Shown: positions 61,048-64,000 of the stretch, one piece after another
Numbering within the stretch: the first letter of the stretch is position 1
Layout of the letters: every line of letters starts with the position of its first letter
Made by a program: the position numbers and the translations under genes
Source: the human T2T-CHM13v2.0 reference genome, Homo sapiens
Length of the DNA stretch: 64,000 nt
Assembly (NCBI RefSeq): GCF_009914755.1
Contig: NC_060935.1
Strand: one strand, 5' to 3'
The notes under the pieces: generated by a model
Databases searched by the model: none
Told to the model about the DNA's origin: nothing
Seen by the model: only the letters and a program-made list of their open reading frames with translations

Positions 61048-61495
61048 TGCCCAGGCTTGCTTAGGTATACAAAGCAGCTGGGAAGCTCCAACTGGGTGGA
61101 TCCCACGACAGCTCAAGGAGGCCTGCCTGCCTCTGTAGGCTCCACCTCTGGGGGCAGGGCACAGACAAACAAAAAGACAGCAGTAACCTCTGCAGACTTA
61201 AATGTCCCTGTCTGACAGCTTTGAAGAGAGCAGTGGTTCTCCCAGCTGGAGATCTGAGAACGGGCAGACTGCCTCCTCAAGTGGGTCCCTGACCCCTGAC
61301 CCCCGAGCAGCCTAACTGGGAGGCACCCCCCAGCAGGGGCACACTGACACCTCACACGGCAGAGTACTCCAACAGACCTGCAGCTGAGGGTCCTCTCTGT
61401 TAGAAGGAAAACTAACAAACAGAAAGGACATCCACACCAAAAACCCATCTGTACATCACCATCATCAAAGACCAAAAGTAGATAAAACCACAAAG

Positions 61496-62509
61496 ATGGG
61501 GAAAAAACAGAACAGAAAAACTGGAAACTCTAAAAAGCAGAGTGCCACTCCTCCTCCAAAGGAATGCAGTTCCTCACCAGCAACGGAACAAAGCTGGATG
61601 GAGAATGACTTTGACGAGTTGAGAGGAGGCTTCAGACGATCAAATTACTCTGAGCTACGGGAGGACATTCAAACCAAAGGCAAAGAGGTTGAAAACTTTG
61701 AAAAAAATTTAGAAGAATGTATAACTAGAATAACCAATACAGAGAAGTGCTTAAAGGAGCTGATGGAGCTGAAAACCAAGGCTCGAGAACTACGTGAAGA
61801 ACGCAGAAGCCTCAGGAGTCGATGCGATCAACTGGAAGAAAGGGTATCAGCGATGGAAGATGAAATGAATGAAATGAAGCGAGAAGGGAAGTTTAGAGAA
61901 AAAAGAATAAAAAGAAATGAGCAAAGCCTCCAAGAAATATGGGACTATGTGAAAAGACCAACTCTACATCTGATTGGTGTACCTAAAAGTGATGGGGAGA
62001 ATGGAACCAAGTTGGAAAACACTCTGCAGGATATTATCCAGGAGAACTTCCCCAATCTAGCAAGGCAGGCCAACGTTCAGATTCAGGAAATACAGAGAAC
62101 GCCACAAAGATACTCCTCGAGAAAAGCAACTCCAAGACACATAATTGTGAGATTCACCAAAGTTGAAATGAAGGAAAAAATGTTAAGGGCAGCCAGAGAG
62201 AAAGGTTGGGTAACCCTCAAAGGGAAGCTCATCAGACTAACAGTGGATCTCTCGGCAGAAACCCTACAAGCCAGAAGAGAGTGGGGGCCAATATTCAACA
62301 TTCTGAAAGAAAAGAATTTTCAACCCAGAATTTCATATCCAGCCAAACTAAGCTTCATAAGTGAAGGAGAAATAAAATACTTTACAGACAAGCAAATGCT
62401 GAGAGATTTTGTCACCACCAGGCCTGCCTTACAAGAGCTCCTGAAGGAAGCACTAAACATGGAAAGGAACAACTGGTACCAGCCGCTGCAAAATCATGCC
62501 AAAATGTAA
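61496..62509 (+). CDS. L1 ORF1p (337 aa)
   Basis: MGKKQNRKTG...QNHAKM; REKG, ARR and YPAKLS motifs intact. Confidence 0.95.
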   Translation: MGKKQNRKTGNSKKQSATPPPKECSSSPATEQSWMENDFDELRGGFRRSNYSELREDIQTKGKEVENFEKNLEECITRITNTEKCLKELMELKTKARELREERRSLRSRCDQLEERVSAMEDEMNEMKREGKFREKRIKRNEQSLQEIWDYVKRPTLHLIGVPKSDGENGTKLENTLQDIIQENFPNLARQANVQIQEIQRTPQRYSSRKATPRHIIVRFTKVEMKEKMLRAAREKGWVTLKGKLIRLTVDLSAETLQARREWGPIFNILKEKNFQPRISYPAKLSFISEGEIKYFTDKQMLRDFVTTRPALQELLKEALNMERNNWYQPLQNHAKM

Positions 62510-62557
62510 AGACCATCGAGACTAGGAAGAAACTGCATCAACTAACGAGCAAAATAA

Positions 62558-64000
<1,443 letters not shown>

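Overview
Human/hominoid genomic DNA from the MS4A (CD20-like tetraspan) cluster, recognised as 11q12. It has three tandem + strand genes. MS4A7 is complete: a non-coding exon 1 plus 6 coding exons, 240 aa. MS4A14 has five standard coding exons plus a sixth TM4-type exon. MS4A5 is present as exons 1-4, with its last exon outside the window. All coding junctions are phase 0. MS4A14 shows three independent signs of decay on this haplotype: (1) a 2-nt deletion in exon 2 that gives a stop at codon 65; (2) an otherwise intact 99-nt TM4 exon whose splice acceptor reads GG instead of AG; (3) an apparent -1 frameshift near the end of the large last exon that strands about 180 codons of Q/D/S-rich tail in the 3' UTR. 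A splice acceptor just upstream of the MS4A14 ATG could couple it to the MS4A7 promoter. The intergenic DNA holds a deleted HERV-L/MLT2 provirus whose LTR is split by a ~290-bp copy of nearby sequence. MS4A5 intron 4 holds a young 5'-intact L1PA element with open ORF1, ORF2 (to the window edge) and ORF0. There are 14 Alus and many older repeats. All calls were made by eye; repeat subfamilies and repeat boundaries are approximate.
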